From Microscillaceae bacterium (GTDB taxonomy: Bacteria; Bacteroidota; Bacteroidia; Cytophagales; Microscillaceae): a DNA stretch of 49,016 nucleotides. The notes beneath the pieces are model-generated. The model did not search any database and had not been told where the DNA came from. It saw only the letters and a list, made by a program, of their open reading frames with translations. Both the position numbers and the translations under genes were made by a program. The stretch lies in NCBI GenBank assembly GCA_003483885.1, contig DMXI01000559.1:1-49016 (forward strand), read 5' to 3'. Numbering within the stretch: the first letter of the stretch is position 1; each line of letters starts with the position of its first letter. Shown one piece after another: positions 1 to 10,470 of this stretch.

Positions 1-2277
1 GTGGCGTTGTTATTCACATTTATTAGGTCTGCTTGGGTATCAAAGCAAGACATTGGTTCCGATAAAATGAAACGCATCGCTCAAAACATTGCTACTGGAG
101 CCATGGCTTTCCTCAAAGCCGAATATAAAGTTCTTGGAATTTTTGTAATTGGCGTTGCCATTATATTAGGTGTAACTGCCCCTTCTGATAGCTCTCCATT
201 AATTGCTCTTTCATTTGTAATAGGTGCAGTTTGTTCAGCCATGGCTGGATTTCTTGGTATGCGCGTAGCTACTAAAGCCAACGTACGTACTACCAATGCT
301 GCTCGTACAGGTTTGAGTCACGCTCTAAAAATAGCTTTTACTGGTGGTTCTGTAATGGGACTAGGAGTAGTTGGTTTAGCCTTATTAGGTTTAGGCGCAT
401 TATTTTCTATATATTTCTTTATTTGGGACGTAGGTGCTGCCGCTGACAAAAGCAATGTATTACGTATTGTATTGAATGTATTGACTGGTTTTTCTTTTGG
501 AGCTTCTTCTATTGCTTTGTTTGCTCGTGTGGCTGGTGGTATTTACACCAAAGCAGCCGACGTAGGCGCTGACTTGGTAGGTAAAGTAGAAGCAGGTATT
601 CCTGAGGATCACCCTTTAAACCCTGCTACCATCGCAGATAACGTAGGAGATAACGTGGGAGACGTAGCTGGTATGGGTGCTGACTTGTTTGAATCTTATA
701 TTGGATCTATTATAGGTACGATGGTACTAGGGGTTGCATTTATCAGCCCAACTGGTTTTGCCGATAACTTTGGTGGTTTATCAGCTGTATTATTGCCATT
801 AATGTTGGCTGGTTTGGGTATTGTTACTTCTATCATTGGTACTTTTATGGTACAAGTAAAAGAAGGTGGTAACCCACAAAGAGCCTTAAACATTGGTGAA
901 TTTGGTTCTACTGGAATTTTGATTGTCCTATCTTTCTTCTTAATCACCAACGTACTTCCTCAATCCTGGAGCGTAGGCATAGGAGCAAGCAAATTTGAGT
1001 ATACTTCTTTAAATGTATTTTTTGCTACCATCATTGGAGCAGTTGCTGGGCTTTTGATTGGTTTGATTACCGAATACTACACTGGTACTGGTACTCGTCC
1101 AGTAAAATCTATTGTACAGCAATCTTCTACGGGTTCTGCTACCAATATTATCGCTGGTTTAGGTGTAGGAATGTATTCTACCGCTATTCCTATTCTTATT
1201 ATTGCTGCGGCCGTAATTGGCGCCTACCAATTGGCCAACCTTTACGGAATCGCAATTGCGGCAGTAGGTATGTTAGCAAACACTGGTATCCAATTGGCAG
1301 TAGATGCTTACGGTCCTATCTCAGATAACGCTGGTGGTATTGCCGAAATGAGTGAATTGCCTAAGGAAGTTCGTCAAAGAACCGATAAATTAGATGCAGT
1401 AGGTAACACTACCGCTGCCATCGGAAAAGGTTTTGCTATTGGTTCTGCGGCTTTGACTGCTTTGGCTTTATTTAGTGCATTTAAAGTAACTGCTGGTATT
1501 GGTATCATTGATGTGTCTCGTCCTGATGTAATGGCTGGATTGTTCATCGGTGGTATGTTACCATTCTTATTCTCAGCAATGGCGATGCAAGCAGTAGGTA
1601 AAGCAGCCATGGCAATGATTGAAGAGGTTCGTCGCCAGTTTAACGACATTCCTGCCTTAAAAGCGGCATTAAATGTAATGCGCAAGAACGAAGGCAAAGA
1701 AATGAAGGATTGGGATGAAAAAGACCGTGAGACTTTTGAGAAAGCGGATGGGGTTGCCGAATATGACAAGTGTGTGGCTATTTCTACTCAGTCTTCAATC
1801 CGTCAAATGGTACTTCCTGGTATCGTAGCTATTTTTGCTCCTATTGTGATTGGTTTTGGTGCCAAAGCGGCTGGTCAAGATCCTCAAATGTTAGGAGGTT
1901 TGTTGGCTGGTGTAACTGTAGCTGGGGTATTGATGGCAATCTTCCAGTCAAATGCTGGTGGTGCCTGGGATAACGCCAAGAAAATGTTTGAAGAAGGAGT
2001 TAAAATCAAAGTACAAGGAAAAGATCAAACCTTCTACAAAGGTTCTGATCCTCACAAAGCCGCAGTAGTAGGTGATACCGTAGGTGATCCTTTCAAAGAT
2101 ACTTCTGGTCCTTCATTGAACATTCTATTGAAATTGATGTCAGTAGTAGCATTGGTAATTGCTCCTTATTTGGCTACAACTTCTGTAAAGAAAACAGCTG
2201 AAGTAAAACCTGAAATCAAAAAGGAAATTACTTTGTCAAAAGAACAAGCAAAAAAATATACGATTGCTAAAAAATAA
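1..2277 (+). CDS. hppA: K+-stimulated H+-translocating (membrane) pyrophosphatase, 5'-partial (N-terminus lies before window start)
   Basis: 758-aa ORF beginning at window edge; multi-TM; signature H+-PPase motifs [66 protein letters not shown]; [18 protein letters not shown] (Ala rather than Lys after GNTTA = K+-dependent subtype); N-terminal ~40 aa of typical H+-PPases missing so true start is upstream of window. Confidence 0.9.
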   Translation: MALLFTFIRSAWVSKQDIGSDKMKRIAQNIATGAMAFLKAEYKVLGIFVIGVAIILGVTAPSDSSPLIALSFVIGAVCSAMAGFLGMRVATKANVRTTNAARTGLSHALKIAFTGGSVMGLGVVGLALLGLGALFSIYFFIWDVGAAADKSNVLRIVLNVLTGFSFGASSIALFARVAGGIYTKAADVGADLVGKVEAGIPEDHPLNPATIADNVGDNVGDVAGMGADLFESYIGSIIGTMVLGVAFISPTGFADNFGGLSAVLLPLMLAGLGIVTSIIGTFMVQVKEGGNPQRALNIGEFGSTGILIVLSFFLITNVLPQSWSVGIGASKFEYTSLNVFFATIIGAVAGLLIGLITEYYTGTGTRPVKSIVQQSSTGSATNIIAGLGVGMYSTAIPILIIAAAVIGAYQLANLYGIAIAAVGMLANTGIQLAVDAYGPISDNAGGIAEMSELPKEVRQRTDKLDAVGNTTAAIGKGFAIGSAALTALALFSAFKVTAGIGIIDVSRPDVMAGLFIGGMLPFLFSAMAMQAVGKAAMAMIEEVRRQFNDIPALKAALNVMRKNEGKEMKDWDEKDRETFEKADGVAEYDKCVAISTQSSIRQMVLPGIVAIFAPIVIGFGAKAAGQDPQMLGGLLAGVTVAGVLMAIFQSNAGGAWDNAKKMFEEGVKIKVQGKDQTFYKGSDPHKAAVVGDTVGDPFKDTSGPSLNILLKLMSVVALVIAPYLATTSVKKTAEVKPEIKKEITLSKEQAKKYTIAKK

Positions 2278-2335
2278 GTGCTGCCTCAAGAGAGTCACAG
2301 ACATTTTTTAAATCATTTATATATTTTCTTACAAA

Positions 2336-2362
2336 AGCCTGAACTTTGTTTCAGGCTTTTTT
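2336..2362 (+). terminator. Rho-independent terminator after hppA (stem agcctgaa/ttcaggct, then T-run)
   Basis: 8-bp perfect inverted repeat with 6-nt loop followed by tttttt, ~60 bp after hppA stop. Confidence 0.6.
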
Positions 2363-2420
2363 ATTTTTAGCTCATCATATTAATAGCATTCATAATTTCC
2401 ACCTCCACATATAATTTAAA

Positions 2421-3386
2421 ATGACACTGCTACTCTTTCAAGACACTACTAAGGCTATTCAGGATACCTCCAAACATGTCGGTCAAAAAACTCAAGAAAT
2501 TCTCGAGAAATCAAAAGACTTCTGGAATATTGAGCTGATTCCCAGCAGTAATCTTACTGTGGGTCGCATTTTGACTGATATTTTAGTCCTGATTATTATT
2601 TATGCAAGTGCCCGATTACTCATTTGGTTTTTGCAAAGGGTCATCACTCGTCGTTTGGCTAAGGTAAAAGCCATTGACCGAGGGAAACAATTTGCCATTC
2701 TTCAGATTACAAAATACGTCATTTATGTCATAGCCATTTCCATTATGCTTAATCGTATGCATATTGGTTCCGCTTTATTGGCAGGCTCTGCGGCACTATT
2801 TGTAGGGATTGGTTTTGGTTTGCAACAAATTGCCAACGATTTAATTTCAGGGTTGATTATATTGTTTGAAGGGAGAGTAAAAGTAGGTGACATGGTAGAA
2901 ATGAATGCTACCGTAGGGCGAGTTACTTCTATTGGGGTACGTACCTCTACCGTAGAAACACGTGACTCTATTGAAATCATTGTACCCAATTCTAAGTTTA
3001 TGTCCGATAATGTAATCAACTGGAGTAGTAATCGTAGCGTTACTACACGCTTTCAGATTGCCGTAGGAGTAGCCTATGGTTCTAATGTGGAATTGGTTAA
3101 AGAAAAGCTCATCGAAGCGGCCTACGCTCACGAAGATATCGTATCTAAACCCGAAAAGCCGTACGTATTATTTAAAGATTTTGCGGACAACAGCCTTAAT
3201 TTTGAACTTAACTTTTGGACCTCTAATACTTGGGATATTGAGATTGTGCAAAGTGATTTACGTTTTACGGTCGATAAACTCTTCCGTGAAGTAGACATTA
3301 CCATTGCCTTCCCTCAACGAGACGTTCACCTCACTGTGGACGACAAGGATGTAACCAAATTGAAAAAGGTCTTTGTAGGGAAATAG
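2421..3386 (+). CDS. Mechanosensitive ion channel family protein (MscS-like)
   Basis: 321 aa; N-terminal TM helices then canonical MscS beta-domain motif LIILFEGRVKVGDMVEMNATVGRVTSIGVRTSTVETRDSIEIIVPNSKFMSDNVINWS. Confidence 0.85.
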   Translation: MTLLLFQDTTKAIQDTSKHVGQKTQEILEKSKDFWNIELIPSSNLTVGRILTDILVLIIIYASARLLIWFLQRVITRRLAKVKAIDRGKQFAILQITKYVIYVIAISIMLNRMHIGSALLAGSAALFVGIGFGLQQIANDLISGLIILFEGRVKVGDMVEMNATVGRVTSIGVRTSTVETRDSIEIIVPNSKFMSDNVINWSSNRSVTTRFQIAVGVAYGSNVELVKEKLIEAAYAHEDIVSKPEKPYVLFKDFADNSLNFELNFWTSNTWDIEIVQSDLRFTVDKLFREVDITIAFPQRDVHLTVDDKDVTKLKKVFVGK

Positions 3387-4346
3387 TTATACCCAAAATC
3401 CACCAGGACGCGAGCGATTAGACAAAGTTTCGGCATATTGTTCCAATAACAGACTGGAAGGTTCTCCATCTGAAAAGTTCATAAAGGGCTGCTGAGGCAA
3501 TTTCATAGATTCTAATCGCTCGATCCGTTCTTTAGTATCAGGATGACTTCTGAAGATAGAAGGTTCAGCTATCCCCCTACTTGGGCGCATAATCTGATGC
3601 AGCCAATTACCACTATAATACTCTACTTTTTCCAACGCCTGGGCCAGTCCCGAAGGGTCATTGGTGAGCAAAGCCGCACTTAGATCAGCATTAAATTCTC
3701 TTGTACGCGATAGTGCCAGTTGTAGTAATCCTACTATCCTTGGAGCAAAAACCAATACTAGGATAGCAATCCAGGGAACTTGCATTCTTCCCATCAAATA
3801 TAAAGGTAGACTCACTAAAAGTAGTAGTTTACCCATATTAGCTAAAAAGCTGGTTAAACGACTCATAATATCAGCAAAACTCATTACACGCATATCGTTG
3901 TTGCTTACGTGACTTACCTCATGAGCCAATACTCCAGCTAACTCTCTCAAATTTAGCTTATTGAGAACGCCATCGGTAATGGCGATATGAGCGCTTTTGG
4001 GTGACCCTACCGCAAAAGCATTCATTGTTTTGCTGGGAATGTAATATAGCTTGGGTACCGAAGGCAAATTAGCTCGCTCGGTTAGCATATTCATCATATG
4101 GTAAAGATTGGGGGCATTTTTGGGATTGATCGGATGCACTTTATACATTCTAAGGATCAACTTGGGAGATATTCTGGGGGCTAAAAACATCAGCAATATT
4201 CCCAAAATAGCCGAAGCAATGAGTCCGGTTTTACCTCCTAGTAAGAAGCCCAACAATGCAACAATTGCTGTCATACTTACAAAGAGGATAATTGTATGTA
4301 GTTGGTTACGTAATTTATGCTTTTTAATAACTTCGGGCGCTAACAT
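3387..4346 (-). CDS. htpX: Zinc metalloprotease HtpX (peptidase M48)
   Basis: 319 aa; N-terminal TM segments; HEVSHV (HExxH) zinc-binding motif in M48 context (AGVLAHEVSHVSNND); size and architecture typical of HtpX. Confidence 0.85.
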   Translation of the reverse strand: MLAPEVIKKHKLRNQLHTIILFVSMTAIVALLGFLLGGKTGLIASAILGILLMFLAPRISPKLILRMYKVHPINPKNAPNLYHMMNMLTERANLPSVPKLYYIPSKTMNAFAVGSPKSAHIAITDGVLNKLNLRELAGVLAHEVSHVSNNDMRVMSFADIMSRLTSFLANMGKLLLLVSLPLYLMGRMQVPWIAILVLVFAPRIVGLLQLALSRTREFNADLSAALLTNDPSGLAQALEKVEYYSGNWLHQIMRPSRGIAEPSIFRSHPDTKERIERLESMKLPQQPFMNFSDGEPSSLLLEQYAETLSNRSRPGGFWV

Positions 4347-4488
4347 AGGTTTTTATATGGTTTATTGTACAACGCTTCTTAAGCTTGGTTGGTTTGAAAA
4401 TATAGCTTTTATACGAGATTTATTAAGAATTAGTCTAAATAAAAATATTTTTGTAATTTTGTCCTAAATTCTAAAGATAAAACAAATT

Positions 4489-4980
4489 ATGGTTCCGTCC
4501 CCGGCAAAACACCAGGAAGAAGTAAAAAAAGTATTTACCGATTTTCTCGAGAAAAAGAAAATGCGTAAAACTCAAGAGAGATTTGCCATTTTAGAAGAAA
4601 TCTACAACATAGAGCATTTCGATGCTTACTCGTTATTTGTAAACATGAAAGAAAAAAACTACCGAGTAAGTAGGGCCACAGTTTACAATACTTTAGAACT
4701 ATTGATCGAATGTGGACTGGTCAAACGCCATCATTTTGGAGCCAATTTTTCGGTGTACGAAAAAGCCTATCACTACCGTCAACATGACCATTTGGTATGT
4801 ATGGAATGCCAAAAAATCTTTGAGTTTTGTGATCCCAGAATCCAGAATATCCAGGAATTGGTACAAGACATGTACAAGTTTGACATAGAATACCACTCAT
4901 TGGTGTTTAGAGGGATTTGTCAGGCTTGTGAACAAAAGAAACAAAACGGCTCCTCTCCCCTCACCAAAACATCCAAATAA
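4489..4980 (+). CDS. Fur family transcriptional regulator (Fur/Zur/PerR-type metalloregulator)
   Basis: 163 aa; N-terminal winged-helix (RFAILEEI...[16 protein letters not shown]), C-terminal metal site HHFG...[18 protein letters not shown] with CxxC pair; subtype (Fur vs PerR vs Zur) not resolvable by eye. Confidence 0.8.
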   Translation: MVPSPAKHQEEVKKVFTDFLEKKKMRKTQERFAILEEIYNIEHFDAYSLFVNMKEKNYRVSRATVYNTLELLIECGLVKRHHFGANFSVYEKAYHYRQHDHLVCMECQKIFEFCDPRIQNIQELVQDMYKFDIEYHSLVFRGICQACEQKKQNGSSPLTKTSK

Positions 4981-4987
4981 AACTTGC

Positions 4988-5473
4988 TTATACTCTCTCT
5001 AACTCCAGCGCTTTTCTCACTAAAGCAATTTGCCCGGCATGGTAAATGTCATGCTCAATGATTCCGTGTAACAGCGTGTAAAAGTTATACTCTTTGCCTG
5101 GTACCAAATCATCTAATTGAGCATCTTGCCAGCTCTCTAATATTTCAAGAATTACTTGCTGATTTTCTACCAATGCTGACAAAATATTTTGCCATTTGGC
5201 TTCTATAGGAGTTTGAGTAGGTGTCCAATCATGGGTAGAGTTGATTTCAATATCAAACTCAGCATCTCCTTCCAGTTTTTTTATAACAAATTCGCGCCAA
5301 CTCAAAATATGTTGGATCAATTCCCAAATAGAGTGTGCTTGGGGGATGGGTCGATGATTGGCTTGTTGATAGTCAATGCCTTTGACCAGTTGCAAAAGTG
5401 ATTTACCGTGCCAGGGAGAACCGTTATAGGCCATTTTAAACGAAAAGCGAATACGTTGAATTTCTTTGTTCAT
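4988..5473 (-). CDS. DinB family (DinB_2 / damage-inducible protein DinB-like) protein
   Basis: 161 aa; conserved His triad pattern of DinB/YfiT-like four-helix bundle (HSIWELIQHIL..., HGIIEHDIYHAGQIALVRK). Confidence 0.65.
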   Translation of the reverse strand: MNKEIQRIRFSFKMAYNGSPWHGKSLLQLVKGIDYQQANHRPIPQAHSIWELIQHILSWREFVIKKLEGDAEFDIEINSTHDWTPTQTPIEAKWQNILSALVENQQVILEILESWQDAQLDDLVPGKEYNFYTLLHGIIEHDIYHAGQIALVRKALELERV

Positions 5474-5843
5474 GTATAGGATATTAAAGATTATTGAGCA
5501 CCTTCTAGAGTATGTTTAAACATTATAATCTAGGCTAAAAAAGTGATTTTTCTGCGTTATTTTTAGCAATTTTTGCAGCAATAGCTTAGGCTATTCCTTT
5601 AAAAATATGCTGCAATAACACTAAAAACTCATCATTTTTATCTCTGAAGACAAAATTTAAATATACTCTTAGTGGTATTATTCATTTTTTAATACCTTGT
5701 TTTAAAACATCACCAACTTGTATGAAGTTCACAGAATAACATACGAGCAAATACTCAAATTGATTTGTTTTTAAGGGACCATCATCCTTTGAATAAATCC
5801 CGCTTGTGGTAATAGTAGCAACCCAATTTAACCAAATTACATT

Positions 5844-6848
5844 ATGGCAGATATGCAAGCACTTGTGCTGGTAGAAAACGAAAAAATAGAAGTCCAAACT
5901 GTACCTGTACCCGAACTAAAACCTGGTGAAGCTCTTGTAAAAATACAGGCTGCTTCTTTGAATCACCGTGACCAATGGAGTAGAATAGGTATGTACCCTG
6001 GTCTCAAATATCCTTCTATATTAGGATCAGACGGGTGTGGTGTGGTAGAGAAAGTACACGATGGTGCAGATCAAGGCTGGGTAGGAAAATCAGTGATTAT
6101 GAACCCAAACGTAAACTGGGGTGACGATCCTCGTTTTCAGTCTTTCAACTACTCTATTCTGGGAATGCCCACAGATGGTACTTTGGCCGAATACCTGGCC
6201 GTTCCAGTACACCGTTTACACGAAAAACCACCTCATCTTACTCCCAATCAAGCTGCGGCATTACCATTAGCCGCTTTGACGGCTTATCGGGCAATATTTA
6301 CAAAAGCTGAAACTACTAAGGACTCTAAAGTATTAGTTACAGGAATTGGTGGAGGAGTTTCTCAGTTTGCCTTTCAATTTGCCAAAGCCTTGGGCTGCAA
6401 AGTATTTGTAACCTCGGGAAGCGATGAGAAACTCGCTAAAATGAAAGAAGCAGGGGCAGATGGTACAGCGAACTACAAGGCTGAAAAGTGGGAAAAAGAC
6501 TTGGTAAAACAAGCAGGTGGGCATTTTGATGTAATCGTGGATAGTGGTGGAGGGCCTGGGTTTACTGCCTTAGTAAAGTCGCTCAATCGGGCAGGTACTT
6601 TGGTTGTATATGGCGGAACGGCCGGTACCACAGTCAACATCAAACTACCCTATTTCTGGTTTGCTCAAGCCAATATCAAAGGCTCTACTATGGGAAATGA
6701 TCAGGAATTTGCAGATATGGTGAAGTTTGTAGGCGAACATAAAATTGAACCTATGATTAGCTCTACCCGTTCGCTGGCAGATGTAGTCTCGGCTTTTGAT
6801 GAAATGCACGAAGGCAAACAGTTTGGGAAACTAGTCATCGAGATTTAA
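5844..6848 (+). CDS. Zinc-binding alcohol dehydrogenase family / NADPH:quinone oxidoreductase (MDR superfamily)
   Basis: 334 aa; GroES-like N-domain, Rossmann motif VLVTGIGGGVSQFAFQFAKALGCKVFV; typical QOR length. Confidence 0.8.
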   Translation: MADMQALVLVENEKIEVQTVPVPELKPGEALVKIQAASLNHRDQWSRIGMYPGLKYPSILGSDGCGVVEKVHDGADQGWVGKSVIMNPNVNWGDDPRFQSFNYSILGMPTDGTLAEYLAVPVHRLHEKPPHLTPNQAAALPLAALTAYRAIFTKAETTKDSKVLVTGIGGGVSQFAFQFAKALGCKVFVTSGSDEKLAKMKEAGADGTANYKAEKWEKDLVKQAGGHFDVIVDSGGGPGFTALVKSLNRAGTLVVYGGTAGTTVNIKLPYFWFAQANIKGSTMGNDQEFADMVKFVGEHKIEPMISSTRSLADVVSAFDEMHEGKQFGKLVIEI

Positions 6849-6874
6849 TCTACACCTTATTACATTATATAAAG

Positions 6875-6912
6875 AAACCCTATGGAGCAAGTAAGCTACG
6901 TAGGGTTTTATT
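6875..6912 (+). terminator. Probable rho-independent terminator after the oxidoreductase gene
   Basis: aaacccta ... tagggttt 8-bp inverted repeat (18-nt loop) followed by ttattctt; 27 bp after stop. Confidence 0.45.
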
Positions 6913-7243
6913 CTTATATCAATGGAAGCCCCAAGTTTCACCTCATAAAAAGGCAAAATGACCTACGATCTCTATTACACTGTTCCCCACAAGAAGTAAT
7001 ACGGTTTTTTATAAGTAAAACCCCTTGTTTTCATCCATAAGCAGGATTAATCGCTTGTTAATCCCTTACCCGATCGTTACTTTTACTTTTGTAGAATGCC
7101 CCGAAGTTTATACATAAGGAAAGTAATCCTACTTCCTCTATTGGGTCATTCCAACAGCAAAACGATCAGGAAGTCTTCACCTGATTTATAACAATATCAT
7201 CCAAAACTTCAATAGTTAATGTTTTAAACTGAATCATTCAATC

Positions 7244-8260
7244 ATGTACTATCAAAATGTATTAGAAACTATCGGCAACACTCCCCTTATTCAGTTAAAT
7301 CACCTCACTGCATCTATTCCTGCCACAGTGCTTGCCAAAGTAGAAACCACCAATCCCGGAAACAGTGCCAAAGATCGGATGGCACTTAAAATGATAGAGG
7401 ATGCAGAAATGAAAGGGAAGCTACAACCAGGAGGAACGATTATAGAATGTACTTCGGGCAATACAGGTATGGGCTTAGCCATTGTGGGGGTAGTCAAGGG
7501 GTATCGTTGTATTTTTACAACTACTAACAAACAATCGCCTGAAAAAATAGCGATGTTGCGGGCATTGGGTGCAGAAGTAATCGTATGCCCTTGTGAAGTA
7601 GCGCCTTATGATCCAAGATCCTACTATTCGGTAGCCGCACAACTTCACCAGGAAATCTCTAACTCTTTTTGGTGTAATCAATACCATAACCCTGCTAATA
7701 CTCAAGCGCACTATGAAAGTACTGGACCTGAAATATGGCAACAAACTGATGGTAAAATCACTCACTTTGTGGTAGGCGTGGGCACTGGCGGTACTATTTC
7801 GGGTATAGGACGCTACCTCAAAGAACAAAACCCTGCCATTCAAATATGGGGAGTAGACCCTTATGGCTCTGTACTTAAAAACTATCACGAAACCGGAATG
7901 GTAGATCAAACAGAAAACTATGGTTACTCTACAGAAGGCATCGGTCAAGATATTATTCCCGAAAATGTTGATTTTGACACTATTGATCATATTGAAAAAG
8001 TAACCTGTAAAGATGCCGCCCTTATGACCCAGGCTTTGGCCAGACAGGAAGCTATTTTGGTAGGTAATTCAGCAGGTGCGGCTATGGCTGGGTTGCTTCA
8101 ACTTCAAAACCGCCTTACTCCTCAAGATATAGTCGTTGTTTTATTTCATGACCATGCCAGCCGCTATTTAGGCAAAATATTCAACGACCAATGGATGCAA
8201 ACCCAAGGTTTTGAAACAAAATCAAATACGGTGTTGGAAAATAAAATATTTGATATATAA
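7244..8260 (+). CDS. PLP-dependent cysteine synthase family protein (CysK/CysM/CBS-like beta-replacement enzyme)
   Basis: 338 aa; IGNTPLIQLN, PLP-lysine motif NPGNSAKDRMA (SxKDR), TSGNTGMGLA, GVGTGGTISG glycine loop; ~30-aa C-terminal extension relative to canonical CysK; 2-bp gap to downstream GNAT. Confidence 0.8.
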   Translation: MYYQNVLETIGNTPLIQLNHLTASIPATVLAKVETTNPGNSAKDRMALKMIEDAEMKGKLQPGGTIIECTSGNTGMGLAIVGVVKGYRCIFTTTNKQSPEKIAMLRALGAEVIVCPCEVAPYDPRSYYSVAAQLHQEISNSFWCNQYHNPANTQAHYESTGPEIWQQTDGKITHFVVGVGTGGTISGIGRYLKEQNPAIQIWGVDPYGSVLKNYHETGMVDQTENYGYSTEGIGQDIIPENVDFDTIDHIEKVTCKDAALMTQALARQEAILVGNSAGAAMAGLLQLQNRLTPQDIVVVLFHDHASRYLGKIFNDQWMQTQGFETKSNTVLENKIFDI

Positions 8261-8262
8261 GA

Positions 8263-8838
8263 ATGGACTTACAAACGTACTATGAAGGATTTACTTCCCA
8301 AAACTTGATTTTCAGAAGGTTAAGCTATACTGATTTACCAAGTTGGCGAGAGTTTTATGTAGACAACCCCAGTCTAGTATATTTAAACATAGACACTACC
8401 CGTCCTATAGACGTAATGGCCAAAGCCTGGATTGATGCCCAGGTAGAACGCTATGAGCGTAACGAATTTGGTCAATTGGCAGTGGTACTCAAAGAAAATA
8501 ACCAGCTCATAGGTACCAGAGGTTTTAAATACTGCACCTTAAATGGAGAGCGGGTACTTGAAAGTGCTGGGAGTTTTAAAAGAAAATATTGGCGACAGGG
8601 TTATGGTACCGAAAGTCTCAAACGAGTGCTAAAGTATATCTTTGAACACCACCCAGTAGATAAAATTATTGGGCGAACTCATCATCAAAATATAGCCTCT
8701 ATTAAAAACTTAGAAGTAGTAGGGTACCAACCGGTGACCACTTGCATTATTGAAGATAGGCTTACTGTAGTACAACAACTCACCCGCGAACATTGGAAAA
8801 ATCATCAAAAACAGTCTTTAGTCACACTGTCAGAATGA
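8263..8838 (+). CDS. GNAT family N-acetyltransferase (RimJ/RimL-like)
   Basis: 191 aa; acetyl-CoA binding motif region RKYWRQGYGTESLKRVLKYIFE (Q/RxxGxG/A); translationally coupled to upstream cysK-like gene. Confidence 0.7.
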   Translation: MDLQTYYEGFTSQNLIFRRLSYTDLPSWREFYVDNPSLVYLNIDTTRPIDVMAKAWIDAQVERYERNEFGQLAVVLKENNQLIGTRGFKYCTLNGERVLESAGSFKRKYWRQGYGTESLKRVLKYIFEHHPVDKIIGRTHHQNIASIKNLEVVGYQPVTTCIIEDRLTVVQQLTREHWKNHQKQSLVTLSE

Positions 8839-8929
8839 AATCTAGTCATCAAGGGGCTATTAAAATATAGAGTTATACTACCAGTATTTCTTCACTTTTT
8901 ATCCTTATAAAATCTCTAACTGAATCATC

Positions 8930-10033
8930 ATGAAAATAACAATCATCAATAGTAAAAAGCATTGGCGTAATGGCTGGCTATCCAGTCAGGCAGAATTACA
9001 AATCGTCGTTGACATTTTAAAAAAAGCTGATATTGAAGTACACATTACCGAGGTAGACAGTGTAGCATCTTTGGAAAATGTACTACAAAATGTTAGCGAT
9101 AATACCTTGGTATGGAGTAATGCTTATTATGTAAATACCAAAGAAAATGAGGTAGTTTGGCTGAACGATTATGTTCAAAAATATCAACTACCTTTGCTAG
9201 GTTCGGGAGCCACCACTTTGCGTAATTTGTTGCAAAAAGATATAACCCAACAGATGCTTCGCACAGCTCATATTCCAATACCCAATAATTTGGTGATGAA
9301 TGCTACACAAATCAATGAAATTGAACTACTACTGGCCCAAAGCAACCTGGAGTTTCCAGTGGTGCTAAAACCTACCGCCGAATCGGGAAGTGTGGGTGTA
9401 GTAATGGCCAATGACGTGGAAGATGCCAGTCAAAAAGCAAAGCAAATCCTTCATAACTATCCTCATAGTCAGGTCATTGTTGAGCCTTTTTTGCCCAGTG
9501 ATGACATTACGTGTGGTTTTTTGCAATTGGGTGATCAGACCTTGTTACTACCCACTTATTATTTGGTAAAAAGTAAAGCAGGCACCCACCATATTCTAAG
9601 CCGTACCGAACGTCTGTCTCCTTGGGATGGCAAAGATAAAATGCAACCAGTAATTACTGATGAACAGATTCGCACCCAATTAACGGTACAAGTACCACGT
9701 ATTATTGAAGCTTTTGATATTCAAGACATTAGCCGAGTAGATGGGCGATTGGATAAAACAGGTACGCTGAGGTTTTTCGATGTCAATGGTTTGCCTGCGC
9801 TTTGTTTCCCAGAAGGGGTAATGGTCAAACAATGCCTTAATAGCTTTCCTAATTATGAAGAAAAAGTAGTTTTCGAAGCACTCATTCATACCGTAGTAAA
9901 CAATGCTTTGCAACGTTATGGTTTTTCGGTTCCGCCAATTATGCAAGAGCATAACCTGTTTACTTTGCAAAGCGATTTGGTGATTACTTTACAAAAAATT
10001 GCTTCTGATATTTCTCTCGCAGATTCATTATAA
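8930..10033 (+). CDS. ATP-grasp domain protein (D-Ala-D-Ala ligase-like carboxylate-amine ligase)
   Basis: 367 aa; ATP-grasp central motif PVVLKPTAESGSVGVVMANDVEDA and downstream acidic/Asn residues typical of Ddl-like fold; same strand as and 91 bp after GNAT. Confidence 0.7.
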   Translation: MKITIINSKKHWRNGWLSSQAELQIVVDILKKADIEVHITEVDSVASLENVLQNVSDNTLVWSNAYYVNTKENEVVWLNDYVQKYQLPLLGSGATTLRNLLQKDITQQMLRTAHIPIPNNLVMNATQINEIELLLAQSNLEFPVVLKPTAESGSVGVVMANDVEDASQKAKQILHNYPHSQVIVEPFLPSDDITCGFLQLGDQTLLLPTYYLVKSKAGTHHILSRTERLSPWDGKDKMQPVITDEQIRTQLTVQVPRIIEAFDIQDISRVDGRLDKTGTLRFFDVNGLPALCFPEGVMVKQCLNSFPNYEEKVVFEALIHTVVNNALQRYGFSVPPIMQEHNLFTLQSDLVITLQKIASDISLADSL

Positions 10034-10041
10034 AAAAGTAA

Positions 10042-10071
10042 AGCCCCCGAAGATAAACTTGTTCGGGGGCT
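10042..10071. terminator. Bidirectional intrinsic terminator between convergent ATP-grasp (+) and short TonB-N-like ORF (-)
   Basis: agcccccgaa / ttcgggggct 10-bp GC-rich perfect inverted repeat flanked by A-run upstream and T-run downstream. Confidence 0.65.
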
Positions 10072-10098
10072 TTACTTTATATCATTTCACCATATTTT

Positions 10099-10419
10099 TT
10101 AAGGAAACTCCAAATCTACGGTCATATCTACTTCATACTCCAAATCTTCCATTTCTTCTGCCAAGGTTTTCTTCTTTTCTGGAGCAGTAGTTTCAATGGG
10201 TTGGGGTTTGGGAGGGGCAATTACTTTTGGACTCACTTTTACCGGATCTAGTTGATTAATATCTGCCTTGTTTACTTCTAGATCAATTCGAGACACATCA
10301 TCATAAGTAGTCCATTCAAATGCGGCAATCACCCAAAACAAGACGATAACCAAAGCAACATTAAAATATAAACCACTTTTACGGTGAATGTCTACTCTAG
10401 GATTTTTCTTAAGCTCCAT
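10099..10419 (-). CDS. Short membrane protein resembling the N-terminal anchor + Pro-rich spacer of Bacteroidota TonB (no C-terminal TonB domain)
   Basis: 106 aa: MELKKNPRVDIHRKSGLYFNVALVIVLFWVIAAFEW (TonB-like signal anchor) then PKVIAPPKPQPIETTAPEKKK; ends 28 bp before the terminator; last gene of blaI-blaR1 strand block. Confidence 0.45.
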   Translation of the reverse strand: MELKKNPRVDIHRKSGLYFNVALVIVLFWVIAAFEWTTYDDVSRIDLEVNKADINQLDPVKVSPKVIAPPKPQPIETTAPEKKKTLAEEMEDLEYEVDMTVDLEFP

Positions 10420-10470
10420 ACTTTTACTTTTGAATTTTGTCTTTTAAAAATACCACCTATTTCTGTTGCC

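Noticed and set aside
81-1973. Several 60-130-aa ORFs on both strands inside the hppA coding region (81..296-, 696..950-, 1374..1769-, 1770..1973+)
   Set aside because: They lie entirely within and antisense to or out of frame with a strongly supported pyrophosphatase gene. They have low-complexity composition and no recognisable motifs, so I treat them as spurious.
7475-7990. 171-aa minus-strand ORF antisense to the cysK-like gene
   Set aside because: It lies fully inside a well-supported PLP-enzyme gene. It has an atypical Arg/Phe/Tyr-rich composition and no motif.
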